64,000 nt of DNA from Oribacterium sp. (GCA_024689585.1 JAILDF010000074.1:6-64005); one strand, 5' to 3'; numbered from the stretch's first letter, positions 15,825 through 25,221 are shown. The notes: generated by a model from the letters alone, not told the origin. Made by a program: numbers and translations.

Positions 15825-17213
15825 TTAAGTAAACCTAAGTCCTTTCGGATAGTGGTTTTTTATTTGATTATTGACGAGCTTTCCGAGGCCGAGAGCTATG
15901 CCGTCACAGGTTACTATGACCCATCCCTTCCCTGAAACTCCCTCCGGAGCCGGAATCTGAAGGCCCTTCAGATACTGTTCTGTTTCGGATGCATCTGATC
16001 TGTAGTCGCAGACAGATAATTCATAATTATTCAATTCTTCAGGATCATTAAGGTTGATGGCGTGAGTCAGGGCATGTTCGGGCTCAATGCGTTTCCCGAG
16101 GTCTGAGGCTTTAAGGATTCCGGTTCTGAAAGTTTTAAGTCCCTTCAGATCAGGCGTAAAGGATGGGATCAGATAGATCTGGTCTTTTATCTTTACTTCC
16201 TTATAGTTCATAGCGGAAATGCTGCTGCCCGGAATAAAGGCAGATGCATCATCAGATGCGGCATCGTTTTCAAAAGGGTCTTTTCCTGCTTTTCTGAAAA
16301 CGGCAATGTAGTGTCCTTCTCCTTTTTCAAGGTGCGGCCATACCCGCTTTTCAAAAATAAGCTCCATATCTTCATGCTCTTTAAGGATGAAATCTCTGAT
16401 ATCCTCATCCTCTTCTTTTTCAAAGGTACAGGTTGAATAACATAGCTTCCCTCCGGCAGAGAGCATCCTGTAAGCATTGGAAACAATCTCCTTCTGACGC
16501 TCGGCACAAAGCCTGACATTTTCCGGAGACCATTCTTTTACTGCAGTTTCATCTTTTCTGAACATGCCCTCTCCTGAACATGGAGCATCAACGATGATCC
16601 TGGTGAAATATTCCGGGAAATGACCGGCAAGCTTTCCTGTGTCTTCGTTTGTTACAGCCGCATTTGTTATGCCCATTCGCTCAATGTTTGAACTCAGAGT
16701 CCTGGCCCTTAAGGCTACATATTCATTCGATAAAAGAAATCCTCCGTGTTCGGGTGAAAGCATATCCGCTGCCTGGGTTGATTTTCCACCGGGACTTGCA
16801 CAAAGATCGGCGACTCTGTCGTAGGGGCGGATATCGAGATGTGCAACTGCCTGCATAGCTTCTGTGCCCTGTATGTAATATAAGCCGGCTTCATGATAAG
16901 GATGTTTTCCGGGGCGGATACCTTTTTGAAGAAGGTAGTCCTCGTCCATATAGAATTCGCGGTAATATTTTTTTCCTTTGCAGATAATGTAACTGGCGTC
17001 TTTCAGGGGTTCCAGCTTCCATTCCTCCACAAGACGATCGTAAGTGATTCCGGTTGGTGAACAGGAGCTCTCATTTGATATGAGTTTTTTCAGGTTGAGA
17101 CGCAGTCCCCGGATCGGAGGAGCATCGTAGCTCTGGATGAAAGCCTCATACTGGTCAGTCTCCGGAAGCAGCTGCTTCATTCTGTTTAAATATTCCTGTG
17201 GTAATGTAATCAT
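15825..17213 (-). CDS. rsmF: RsmF/NOL1/NOP2-family rRNA m5C methyltransferase
   Basis: Start moved to ATG 17213 (MITLPQEY). GKHPYHEAGLYYIQ, DLCASPGGKS, DAPCSGEGMFRK, YSTCT, C-terminal KNHYPKGLR. Confidence 0.85.
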   Translation of the reverse strand: MITLPQEYLNRMKQLLPETDQYEAFIQSYDAPPIRGLRLNLKKLISNESSCSPTGITYDRLVEEWKLEPLKDASYIICKGKKYYREFYMDEDYLLQKGIRPGKHPYHEAGLYYIQGTEAMQAVAHLDIRPYDRVADLCASPGGKSTQAADMLSPEHGGFLLSNEYVALRARTLSSNIERMGITNAAVTNEDTGKLAGHFPEYFTRIIVDAPCSGEGMFRKDETAVKEWSPENVRLCAERQKEIVSNAYRMLSAGGKLCYSTCTFEKEEDEDIRDFILKEHEDMELIFEKRVWPHLEKGEGHYIAVFRKAGKDPFENDAASDDASAFIPGSSISAMNYKEVKIKDQIYLIPSFTPDLKGLKTFRTGILKASDLGKRIEPEHALTHAINLNDPEELNNYELSVCDYRSDASETEQYLKGLQIPAPEGVSGKGWVIVTCDGIALGLGKLVNNQIKNHYPKGLRFT

Positions 17214-17286
17214 ATGCACCCCATGATATATAGAAAAAACGGTACACCCTGAGTGCACCGTTTCATGCTGATAAAATAAACAATAA

Positions 17287-17733
17287 TTAAAGGTCGATTC
17301 TGTAATCAGAACTTCCTTCGCCGTCAATTGTGTAATATGCGGCAGATTCTGCAACATTAACATACACATCTACAGACTGTACGTCAGCCTTGATGGCCTT
17401 TGCAGCAGCAATGGCATCGGCCTGGAGCTTGGAAGGCTCATAATCCCTGTCATTGATCTGTAATGTAATATATGTTGATACCTCAGCTTTTGCTGTGGCA
17501 GGCTTCTTCTCTGCAGGCTTCTTTGCAGGAACCTTGGTCTCAGCCTTTGTTTCGGTTTTTTTAGTTTCAGGCTTCTTTGCAGTTTCTTTCTTTTCTGCAG
17601 CCTTTGCAGTTTCGGTTTTTGCAGCAGGTTTCTTTGCTGTTTCCTTTACTGTTGCAGCAGCCTTTTTGATCTCAGCGAAGGATTCCTTGAGTGCCTCATC
17701 CTTTGCGGCTGTCGCTTTTGAATTCTTCTCCAT
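17287..17733 (-). CDS. DUF6465-like protein with Lys/Ala-rich (histone H1-like) N-terminus
   Basis: KKPA/KETAKKP repeats, then a small domain ...VDVYVNVAESAAYYTIDG...IDL. RBS GGGGAG. Confidence 0.65.
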   Translation of the reverse strand: MEKNSKATAAKDEALKESFAEIKKAAATVKETAKKPAAKTETAKAAEKKETAKKPETKKTETKAETKVPAKKPAEKKPATAKAEVSTYITLQINDRDYEPSKLQADAIAAAKAIKADVQSVDVYVNVAESAAYYTIDGEGSSDYRIDL

Positions 17734-17836
17734 ACCTTTATCTCCCCGTTTTTAAAGATTAGAATAATACAATATTATTAGAAAAATCGTATAATTCCGT
17801 GTTTCCTTAGCATTATATTTCTGTGATTTCGCTTTG

Positions 17837-19150
17837 TCAACAAAAGCGGTCTGAAATGTGGTAAGCCATATAAAACAAAACACTGAACCCCAGGTAAAAC
17901 CAGGTAGCCGGATTTGAGAACCAGGTTGTAAAGAAAGAAAAAGAAAAATAAAAAGCAAGCTCGGCATATATGAGTCTTGAAAACGGATTAACATCTTTGG
18001 TATGCACATAAAGGATAATGCCGGTGACCAGCCCCAGGATGATTGCAAAAATAATTACACCTGCGATTCCGAAATCGTACCAGGCATCATAAAGCAGAGT
18101 TACGGTTGTAAGCTCTTCTTTATTGGTGAATAAAGGAAATGCCATGCCGAGAGACGGGAAAAGGAATTTCAGTCCGGTCAGAGTGATCACCGGGTACAGC
18201 ATTTTAAGACCCCATGAATGCAAGCTAAGCTTCTGAGTCATTACATTAAAATTGTCATAGTTGTTGGCTATGTACATGTACGGCTGGGTTATAAATATCG
18301 GAGTGTGGGGATCTTTCATTTCAAATATCCCATTAAGATACTCCACGGAATGTGCTCTTTCTATGGTTATGATCACATATACGAGTATAAGTAATATGCC
18401 AAGTATGAGAATTTGCCAAAGCTTGTATTTCTTTCCTGAAACCATTGTGACAAAAATTGCAAGGATAGCCGCAAACATAAACTGGAATCTTGAGACCAGA
18501 AGAACACAAAGGATCAATGGGGCGAAAAGACCTATGCCTGAGATTATATCCGGAAGTAATGACAGCTTGTGCCTTTGGTCAATATAAAGCATCGTTACGC
18601 CCGGAATTAAAATGGCCAGAGTTGTGAAATAATGAATCCCTTTCAGATGGAAATAACTGTAGGCATGCGGAGTGTCAACTGTAAACAGCGGTATAAATTG
18701 CAGTTTCCAGGCTTCGAAAAAGAAGCAGGCCCAGGATAAAAATGTTACAGACAGAATTACTGCTTTAAATATGAAGAGTTTACTTTTCTTTGAATCAGTT
18801 AATGGGCTGATTTTGAAAAAATGCTTTTGATCAAGTAGCTGCTCTGTGTATTTTGATGTGAAATAAAAAATCAGGTAAAAAATATAAAATGATCCCCAGG
18901 TAGAAAGTGTCCAGTCTGTAGACAGATTACTTAATTGAAGACGAGCGATGCCCTCGCCTCCCAGAAGTCCCAGAGCCATAAGACCTCTAAGATTCAGAAG
19001 CTCCTTTGAAATCAGTTTTTCCTTTAGATAAATAAATACAGCAATACCTATAAGACAAGCTGCAGATAGAGCGGATAACCCCGCTCTACCTGTAATGAAG
19101 CTCAGTATATAGGCTGCTGTATATATGATAAGTATTTTAATGTCTTCCAT
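17837..19150 (-). CDS. Polytopic membrane protein, oligosaccharide repeat-unit polymerase (Wzy)-like
   Basis: About 11 hydrophobic segments; SRFQ, PYMYIANNYDNF and LYDAWYDFG motifs typical of O-antigen-polymerase-like proteins. Confidence 0.6.
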   Translation of the reverse strand: MEDIKILIIYTAAYILSFITGRAGLSALSAACLIGIAVFIYLKEKLISKELLNLRGLMALGLLGGEGIARLQLSNLSTDWTLSTWGSFYIFYLIFYFTSKYTEQLLDQKHFFKISPLTDSKKSKLFIFKAVILSVTFLSWACFFFEAWKLQFIPLFTVDTPHAYSYFHLKGIHYFTTLAILIPGVTMLYIDQRHKLSLLPDIISGIGLFAPLILCVLLVSRFQFMFAAILAIFVTMVSGKKYKLWQILILGILLILVYVIITIERAHSVEYLNGIFEMKDPHTPIFITQPYMYIANNYDNFNVMTQKLSLHSWGLKMLYPVITLTGLKFLFPSLGMAFPLFTNKEELTTVTLLYDAWYDFGIAGVIIFAIILGLVTGIILYVHTKDVNPFSRLIYAELAFYFSFSFFTTWFSNPATWFYLGFSVLFYMAYHISDRFC

Positions 19151-19152
19151 AA

Positions 19153-20397
19153 TTAATTATGTGCGGTCTCTTCTATAGTTTCTTCGGGGGATTGTTCTGT
19201 TTCTCCGGATGAATTATTTTCTTCCGGTTTTGTTTCCCCATCGTGAACCGCTCTTCCGCTTTCTGTGACATTGGAAGATGGCTCAGACGAATCAACAGAT
19301 TCGGATTCGCTATGTTCGGAAGAAGCTTCTGTCTGGTGAGGAAGCGTCTCGGATTCAGGAAGCGAAGGTGCCGGATTATCCGGATTTGCCGGGTTCGGAG
19401 AAGGCGCGGGTGCCGGATTTCCGTGATTATCATTAATATCAGGAAGCTTCTCTATACGTACAAGAACATTGATCTGAGGATCCTGGTCTTTCGCCAGCTC
19501 GACACCTGCGGGAAGGATCTTTGACAAGTCAAAGGTTACTGACACACTATCCCGTGCTTCGTTAATGTTTATCTCCGGCAGCTGGAAAACAGTCATGGAA
19601 TCGATCACTCCGGGTAATGAAGACAGAGCTACACTATCGGGAGATACTGTGGTTGATTCATACTGATATCCTGCAGCAGGAGTTCCTGTGACGGATGAAA
19701 GAAGGTTTATATTTTTTTCTTTGTGTACTGTAACAGAGTAATCGATATTATCTTCGTTACTGGTCACGCCCTGAAGATTGGTAAGCTTGTTACCGTTGGC
19801 ATCATAATAAACAAGCTGGGCTATACCGTCCTGGTTCGAGGATATACCCGTCACATCTATTTCTATGCCAACCGCAGATATACGTCCGATCTCGGACTCC
19901 TTGCCGGTTATATAAACAGACTCCGGACTGGAAGCGACATTGACTACGCGATACCCGGATTTAGGATCGCCGGTAGTGGCGTATTTGATGTCAAATTTCT
20001 TTTTCTGTATGTTTTCCAGGGTTATCCTGACAACAGAAGGTCGTATCTGAACGTTGTCTATTACTGATTCCTTACCATTAAGAACTTCGTAGTAAACGGG
20101 TACGGAACCGGTGATGCTGTAATCAGAAAGACTTATATAGGCACGGAAATCCGAGCTTGAGATGGATGACCGCATATCTGTTCTTACATTATAGGAAACA
20201 GTTACACTTGTCCTGTCAGCAACCCAGGTTTTGGAATCAGAATCAAAAGCATCCTGGTTTAATACTTCTAAAGTTACGGTTCTGGAGTCGCTGATTTCAG
20301 GCTTGGAAACATTTACAACCAAAACCCATATAACAAATGCAAGAAAGAGGCTTAATGCTTTAAGAGAAAAGTTTTCGGTGAAAAAACGTCTGATCAT
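19153..20397 (-). CDS. cdaR: CdaR/YbbR-domain regulator of diadenylate cyclase
   Basis: N-terminal TM (KALSLFLAFVIWVLV), three YbbR-like repeats (FRAYISLS; GDPKSGY...PESVYITG; GTPAAGY...PDSV), translationally coupled to cdaA. Confidence 0.85.
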   Translation of the reverse strand: MIRRFFTENFSLKALSLFLAFVIWVLVVNVSKPEISDSRTVTLEVLNQDAFDSDSKTWVADRTSVTVSYNVRTDMRSSISSSDFRAYISLSDYSITGSVPVYYEVLNGKESVIDNVQIRPSVVRITLENIQKKKFDIKYATTGDPKSGYRVVNVASSPESVYITGKESEIGRISAVGIEIDVTGISSNQDGIAQLVYYDANGNKLTNLQGVTSNEDNIDYSVTVHKEKNINLLSSVTGTPAAGYQYESTTVSPDSVALSSLPGVIDSMTVFQLPEININEARDSVSVTFDLSKILPAGVELAKDQDPQINVLVRIEKLPDINDNHGNPAPAPSPNPANPDNPAPSLPESETLPHQTEASSEHSESESVDSSEPSSNVTESGRAVHDGETKPEENNSSGETEQSPEETIEETAHN

Positions 20398-21257
20398 AGC
20401 TTATGCTCCTTTCTTGAATTGCGGAAGAAAGGAAAACGATTTGAAGCCGTATCGTTACCGGATTCGTCTTTTTGTACAGGCAGCATTGCTCTCAGGGCCT
20501 CTGCATCATTTGCACGTTTTAAAACACCGTTAACGGCTACCGAAACACGACCGGTTTCTTCTGAAACCACAACAGTTATGGCATCCGAAGATTCGGATAT
20601 GCCCAGGGCGGCTCTGTGCCTGGTGCCATAATCCTTTGAAATCTCTGTTTCCGATAACGGAAGGTAACAGGTTGCGGATATCACCCTGTCACCCACAACG
20701 ACTACAGCGCCATCGTGCAGAGGTGTGTTCTTTTCAAAAATATTGATAAGCAGTGCAGCCGTGACAAGACCGTTGATGCGAATACCGGTAGCGGCTATTT
20801 CATTTAAAGGTTGTTTCTGCTGTATAACAATAAGGGCACCGGTTTTCTTCTTTGCCATTTCAAAAGTAGCAACAATGATTTCGTTTATGGTATTTATGCC
20901 GGAATCTTCAATGTTACTTCCGGGAAATAAGCTTGTGAAAAAGTTGCGGGTTCCCAGCTGTTCAAGTGCTTTTCTAAGCTCGGGCTGAAAGATTACAACA
21001 GCGGCGATGATAAATACAGTGGAGATCCTCTCGATCAACCACATTATGGTTGAAAGCTGCATCGCCCACGCGATAACGATGAAGGCACCTATTACAGCGA
21101 GGCCCTTTAAAAGAGCAAAGGCACGGGTGTTCTTGATCCAAAGCAGGAACTCGTAGACTATGACTGCAAGGATCACAATCTCGACTATATTGGGCAGATA
21201 AAATGGTGGAAGCAGACTAAACCAGCTTCTCAGTTTTGGAAAAATATCTGGCATCAA
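20394..21257 (-). CDS. cdaA: Diadenylate cyclase CdaA (DacA)
   Basis: Three TMs, IFQPELRKALE, GALIV, TPLHDGA and GTRHRAA catalytic motifs, VSEETG. Confidence 0.95.
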   Translation of the reverse strand: MMPDIFPKLRSWFSLLPPFYLPNIVEIVILAVIVYEFLLWIKNTRAFALLKGLAVIGAFIVIAWAMQLSTIMWLIERISTVFIIAAVVIFQPELRKALEQLGTRNFFTSLFPGSNIEDSGINTINEIIVATFEMAKKKTGALIVIQQKQPLNEIAATGIRINGLVTAALLINIFEKNTPLHDGAVVVVGDRVISATCYLPLSETEISKDYGTRHRAALGISESSDAITVVVSEETGRVSVAVNGVLKRANDAEALRAMLPVQKDESGNDTASNRFPFFRNSRKEHKL

Positions 21258-22159
21258 TTCTCATCCTCATCTAATGATTTTAATTTAGGGATAGCTTTTA
21301 CATAGTAAATATAATCGTCATCTTCAAAGCGAAGACGCTCTGTTCGTTGATAATCAACTGCATGAAATGCAAATACATACAGCAGGGAAATCAGGCAGGA
21401 AACGATAAGTCCCGGTAAAATTCCCCAAAATGAAAAATCCAGTTCAAAATGCATATAGCCGCATACGGAAACTATGATAATAGATATGACTCCGGCGATA
21501 ACCGCAACTATCCAATTGGACTCAAAAGATATCTGACTTATGATAAACACTATTACAATGCAAAATGCAAAAGCAGCCATAGTGATGATGATCTCTTTAT
21601 CTTTAAACAGATTGCCGAACAATCCGGCATATGCTGTTGCCATAGCCGTTATGTCGGTGCCGATGGCGATTTTTGACAGGGATGCATTAACAGAAATGTA
21701 CTCTATCAAATAGTATAACATAACTCCGATGGATACGGGCACGGTTGACATAAGACCTAATGATAACCCGGCAATTATCGGAATTACATATGGGATGTGA
21801 ATGTAGAAAAACAGTGGAACAAGTGCTATAAGGATGGCATTTCCCGCCCTGAAGGTGGATTGTATCAGAGCAGCCAGTAATAAGACTATGCCTGCAACCA
21901 GGAAAATTTCCAGAGATCCTGCGTAAGCATTACCAAGGATAAGCATGCCGAAAAAAACAGGTATACAGGTCCACGGTAAAAATGAGCAAAGAATAGAAGC
22001 GGCGATACAAATAAGCGGGTTTGAAAGCATGTCGCTGTAGCCTATATTGCTGTTCACTGTAAAAAAGCAGAGAAAGGCAGTAACGGCCTTGATCACAGGT
22101 AAGACCCAATAATCATTTTCGGTATAAAATTTTTGTAAAGACTCTCTCACTCTTATCAT
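21254..22159 (-). CDS. Conserved hypothetical polytopic membrane protein
   Basis: Nine to ten hydrophobic segments; C-terminal DY.RTE.L.FEDDDY.YYVKA.PK; overlaps cdaA. Confidence 0.7.
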   Translation of the reverse strand: MIRVRESLQKFYTENDYWVLPVIKAVTAFLCFFTVNSNIGYSDMLSNPLICIAASILCSFLPWTCIPVFFGMLILGNAYAGSLEIFLVAGIVLLLAALIQSTFRAGNAILIALVPLFFYIHIPYVIPIIAGLSLGLMSTVPVSIGVMLYYLIEYISVNASLSKIAIGTDITAMATAYAGLFGNLFKDKEIIITMAAFAFCIVIVFIISQISFESNWIVAVIAGVISIIIVSVCGYMHFELDFSFWGILPGLIVSCLISLLYVFAFHAVDYQRTERLRFEDDDYIYYVKAIPKLKSLDEDEN

Positions 22160-22175
22160 TTGTATCTAAAGCCTT

Positions 22176-22865
22176 TCATTTATCTCTTTTTCGAATGTTC
22201 AGTACATCTATACTGTCGTCATCCATATCTTCATCAAGCCATCCGCCCTGAGGCTCTCCCTTTTTGTTATAAGAGGAACTCTCCCGGGGCGGTTCGACGA
22301 TGGGATCATCAAGCCATCCTCCTTCCGGATCGACGGATGTTCCGTCGTCTTTTACGAATGTATGAAACTGTGGGTGGACCGATTCCCAGGTATTGTGAAC
22401 GTCATCGTATATTCGTATTCTTCCGCCGGTTTCTCTGTAATACTCGGCTTCGTCTTTCGTTACATCTATGTAATCAAATTCGTTCTCCTGCATACGGAGC
22501 AGCTTGTCAAGCTTAGCTGTATAGAAAAGACTTTTGCGATGAGCATTATCATAGCTTAAGGAACAACGTATATAAGATCCGAGAATTATGATCACCATTC
22601 CGGCAAGGTAAACATACAGGATTGTATGAAGTGAAGCCATGATAAAAGGAATGTTAAGATGGAGCAGCACTTCTTCTATATTCACTATGGCAAGGATGAT
22701 ACCTATAACGATAAAACAGAGGGTGTAATAAATGGATGCAGTAAGGATCCCGCGTGAAATATAATCACCTTTAAAATATTTACTTGTTTCTATAATCCCT
22801 TTTCCCTCTTTTTTCTCATATATGGATAACTGGACCATAAGGCGGATCTTTTCAACATTCAGCAT
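22176..22865 (-). CDS. Hypothetical two-TM membrane protein with an acidic tail carrying two GGWLD repeats
   Basis: Start at ATG 22865 (RBS GAGGA). KIRLM..L..YEK...KYFKGDYI, two TMs, then a D/E-rich tail. Confidence 0.7.
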   Translation of the reverse strand: MLNVEKIRLMVQLSIYEKKEGKGIIETSKYFKGDYISRGILTASIYYTLCFIVIGIILAIVNIEEVLLHLNIPFIMASLHTILYVYLAGMVIIILGSYIRCSLSYDNAHRKSLFYTAKLDKLLRMQENEFDYIDVTKDEAEYYRETGGRIRIYDDVHNTWESVHPQFHTFVKDDGTSVDPEGGWLDDPIVEPPRESSSYNKKGEPQGGWLDEDMDDDSIDVLNIRKRDK

Positions 22866-22882
22866 CTGATTTATCCTCAATA

Positions 22883-24184
22883 TTAGTAGCCGCGAACTGC
22901 TCTTGATCTTTCGGCATACGGTGAATCCGGATAATTGCCGACTATTTTATCGAACAAGGCATTAGCTTCCTCGGTACGTCCCATGGACTGATATAATCTT
23001 GCAAGCAGGAAGAGATTTTCCGGCTCTTCACGTATGGTCACACTGAGCATGTAAAGTTCGGCAGCAGTCTCCTGCGAACCTGCGTTCCACTCATTTGTAG
23101 CCTTATCGGCAAGCTCCTGGTAAACTGAGCTTTCCATAATGTGTTTAATGTTCTGATACTGGGCAGCAAGATTCTCATCAACTATCTGAGACGCATCAAG
23201 ACCTGTGAACAGCTGTGCTGCCAGGACAGAATCTCCCTTATCATAAGCTACAGAAATCTGGTTAAGAGCCTGATACTGTCCCATAAAGGATTCGTTGGCG
23301 TTTTGGAACTGTTCTACCTGAAGAGCAGCTGATTCGTACTGTTTCTGAAGAGAATCATACTGGCTTTTCAGATCACTGTACTCTCTGTTTGCACTGTCCA
23401 GTTTTTCGGTATAGGAAATAAGCTCCTGATTATTGCTTGCGTTAATGGCTTTTTCCTTTGCGGGTAACACAAGTAAGTTGAAGGCCAATAAAGCAAGCAC
23501 CAAACCCACAAGTATGTTTACAATGACCATCCATGGAGATATTTCCTTTACTTCCTGGGGTATAAGGACATCATCATCGGTCATTTTACGATGTGAAAAA
23601 GCGTTTTTAAGTCTGTTCTGCTCGACTTCCTTTCGTCCGGTTTTCTGCTTTACCTCATCCATAAGTACAAGTGCCTTTGGATTATTTCGGTCAATCTTTA
23701 AAACCTTGTATAAGCTTCTGCCGGCTTTGACCCAGTCTTCACGCTTCATATAAAGAAGAGCCAGAAGGATGTGGGCTTTTATATAGTTTGGACTATCCTG
23801 GATAACCTGGTTCAGCTGCATTATGGCCAAATCCTCATTGTTGTTCTGAGCATAGGATAAAGCCTGGTTGTAGCGTTTTACATTGTCTGAGCAAATACGG
23901 ATAATGGCAGGTTTACGTTGAATTTCTCCAAGGTAATAATCTGCCCTGTTGTTTTCGGGAAGAAGGTTCATGCTGATGATCCATTGAACAAGAGCATCGG
24001 CTGTTTCGCCGCATTCGAAAAAAATGAGTCCCAAAAGATTTCTGGCATCCTTCTGATATTTGTCAAATTGAAGGGATTTTTTCAGTAGTTCGGCCGCCCC
24101 GCTAAGATCACGTAATTTTGCGCGCTCCAGTGCGAGGTTATAGTAGCAGTTGGAGATGCGTTCCAGGGTTAAATCATATTTCAT
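22883..24184 (-). CDS. Bitopic tetratricopeptide-repeat protein with coiled coil
   Basis: N-terminal TPRs, central TM (WMVIVNILVGLVLALLAFNLLVLP), coiled coil, C-terminal TPR ending ...YPDSPYA. Confidence 0.8.
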   Translation of the reverse strand: MKYDLTLERISNCYYNLALERAKLRDLSGAAELLKKSLQFDKYQKDARNLLGLIFFECGETADALVQWIISMNLLPENNRADYYLGEIQRKPAIIRICSDNVKRYNQALSYAQNNNEDLAIMQLNQVIQDSPNYIKAHILLALLYMKREDWVKAGRSLYKVLKIDRNNPKALVLMDEVKQKTGRKEVEQNRLKNAFSHRKMTDDDVLIPQEVKEISPWMVIVNILVGLVLALLAFNLLVLPAKEKAINASNNQELISYTEKLDSANREYSDLKSQYDSLQKQYESAALQVEQFQNANESFMGQYQALNQISVAYDKGDSVLAAQLFTGLDASQIVDENLAAQYQNIKHIMESSVYQELADKATNEWNAGSQETAAELYMLSVTIREEPENLFLLARLYQSMGRTEEANALFDKIVGNYPDSPYAERSRAVRGY

Positions 24185-24339
24185 TTCTCGGAATCCTTCT
24201 TTGTCTTTATTGCATCCTCAATCAGCTTGGTCATGATATCGTTCATATCAGTAAGGTCGACTTTTACGATGGCGTCTTCTATCTGATCCACATCAAGGCT
24301 TGGTTTAAATCGTTGTATTTCACTTTCGTAATTAATCAT
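24181..24339 (-). CDS. 52-aa small protein, first gene of the TPR-cdaA operon
   Basis: Below the ORF-track cutoff. MINYESEIQRFKPSLDVDQIEDAIVKVDLTDMNDIMTKLIEDAIKTKKDSEK; its stop overlaps the TPR start (ATGA). Confidence 0.75.
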   Translation of the reverse strand: MINYESEIQRFKPSLDVDQIEDAIVKVDLTDMNDIMTKLIEDAIKTKKDSEK

Positions 24340-24621
24340 ATATACATCTTTCTGTTTAAGCTTGATTTCAGCTTACGGTTGTATGATCATGCTGTTCTTG
24401 ACACTTATAGGTGTTTAGATTAAAATTTGCAAAGTGTCAAAAACATGGCATAAAATAATAGCTTATCAAACAAGTTTAGCACATCTTACTAGGGCATTCA
24501 AGGAAGATAAACCGGCGCTTTATGACACTTGCGTAATGAAAATGTAAATGATTGAAAGCTTTAAAAAACGTATTCCCAAGCCCGGATGGTTTAGCTGAAA
24601 ATGTTTCCTACAGGAGGATAG

Positions 24622-25122
24622 ATGGAAGGTTTAGTAAATTCTATAACACAAAATCTGCAGGGGGTTGTATCTAAGGAAATGATAGTTTTTATCATCTCCA
24701 TGATGCCGGTCCTTGAACTTAGAGGAGGTCTTTTGGCGGCGTCGATTCTTAATGTTCCATACATTAAGGCATTGATCATCTGTGTGGTTGGCAATCTTCT
24801 GCCCATTCCGTTTGTGCTGTTCTTTATTGAAAAGATAGTTATAGCACTTGAGAAATTTGGACCAACAAAAAGAATTGCAATGATGCTGAGGAATAAGGTT
24901 GAAAAAAACCGTGAAGCCATAGAAAAGTATGATTTTTGGGGACTGGTTTTATTTGTCGGGATACCGTTGCCGGGAACCGGAGCATGGACCGGTTCGCTTG
25001 TGGCCGGACTCCTGCATATGAAGAGAAGGAAAGCTATTCCTGCAATACTTACCGGAGTAGTTATGGCATCAGTGATCATGTCTATTGTTTCATACGGTAT
25101 TCTCGGAAATATCATACGATAA
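24622..25122 (+). CDS. COG2426 small multi-drug export-family membrane protein
   Basis: SMMPVLELRGG, GNLLPIPF, LFVGIPLPGTGAWTG. RBS AGGAGG. Confidence 0.9.
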   Translation: MEGLVNSITQNLQGVVSKEMIVFIISMMPVLELRGGLLAASILNVPYIKALIICVVGNLLPIPFVLFFIEKIVIALEKFGPTKRIAMMLRNKVEKNREAIEKYDFWGLVLFVGIPLPGTGAWTGSLVAGLLHMKRRKAIPAILTGVVMASVIMSIVSYGILGNIIR

Positions 25123-25145
25123 TAGTTTTTGAAATAATGATACAG

Positions 25146-25174
25146 GAAAAGCACCCGGGAAGGGTGCTTTTTTT
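25146..25174 (+). terminator. Terminator after COG2426
   Basis: AAAAGCACCC-GGGAA-GGGTGCTTTTTTT. Confidence 0.8.
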
Positions 25175-25175
25175 A

Positions 25176-25221
25176 TACCACCGGGGACGGTTCTCGCCGG
25201 CGAGAACCGTCCCCGATGGTA
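25176..25221. repeat. REP-like palindromic element, copy 2
   Basis: Perfect 34-bp palindrome CGGGGACGGTTCTCGCC|GGCGAGAACCGTCCCCG (25182-25215), extended by TACCA/TGGTA, lying between two convergent terminators. Confidence 0.7.

Noticed and set aside
15634-15828. 64-aa plus-strand intergenic ORF
   Set aside because: No RBS, TTG start, no motifs, and it overlaps the rsmF terminator.
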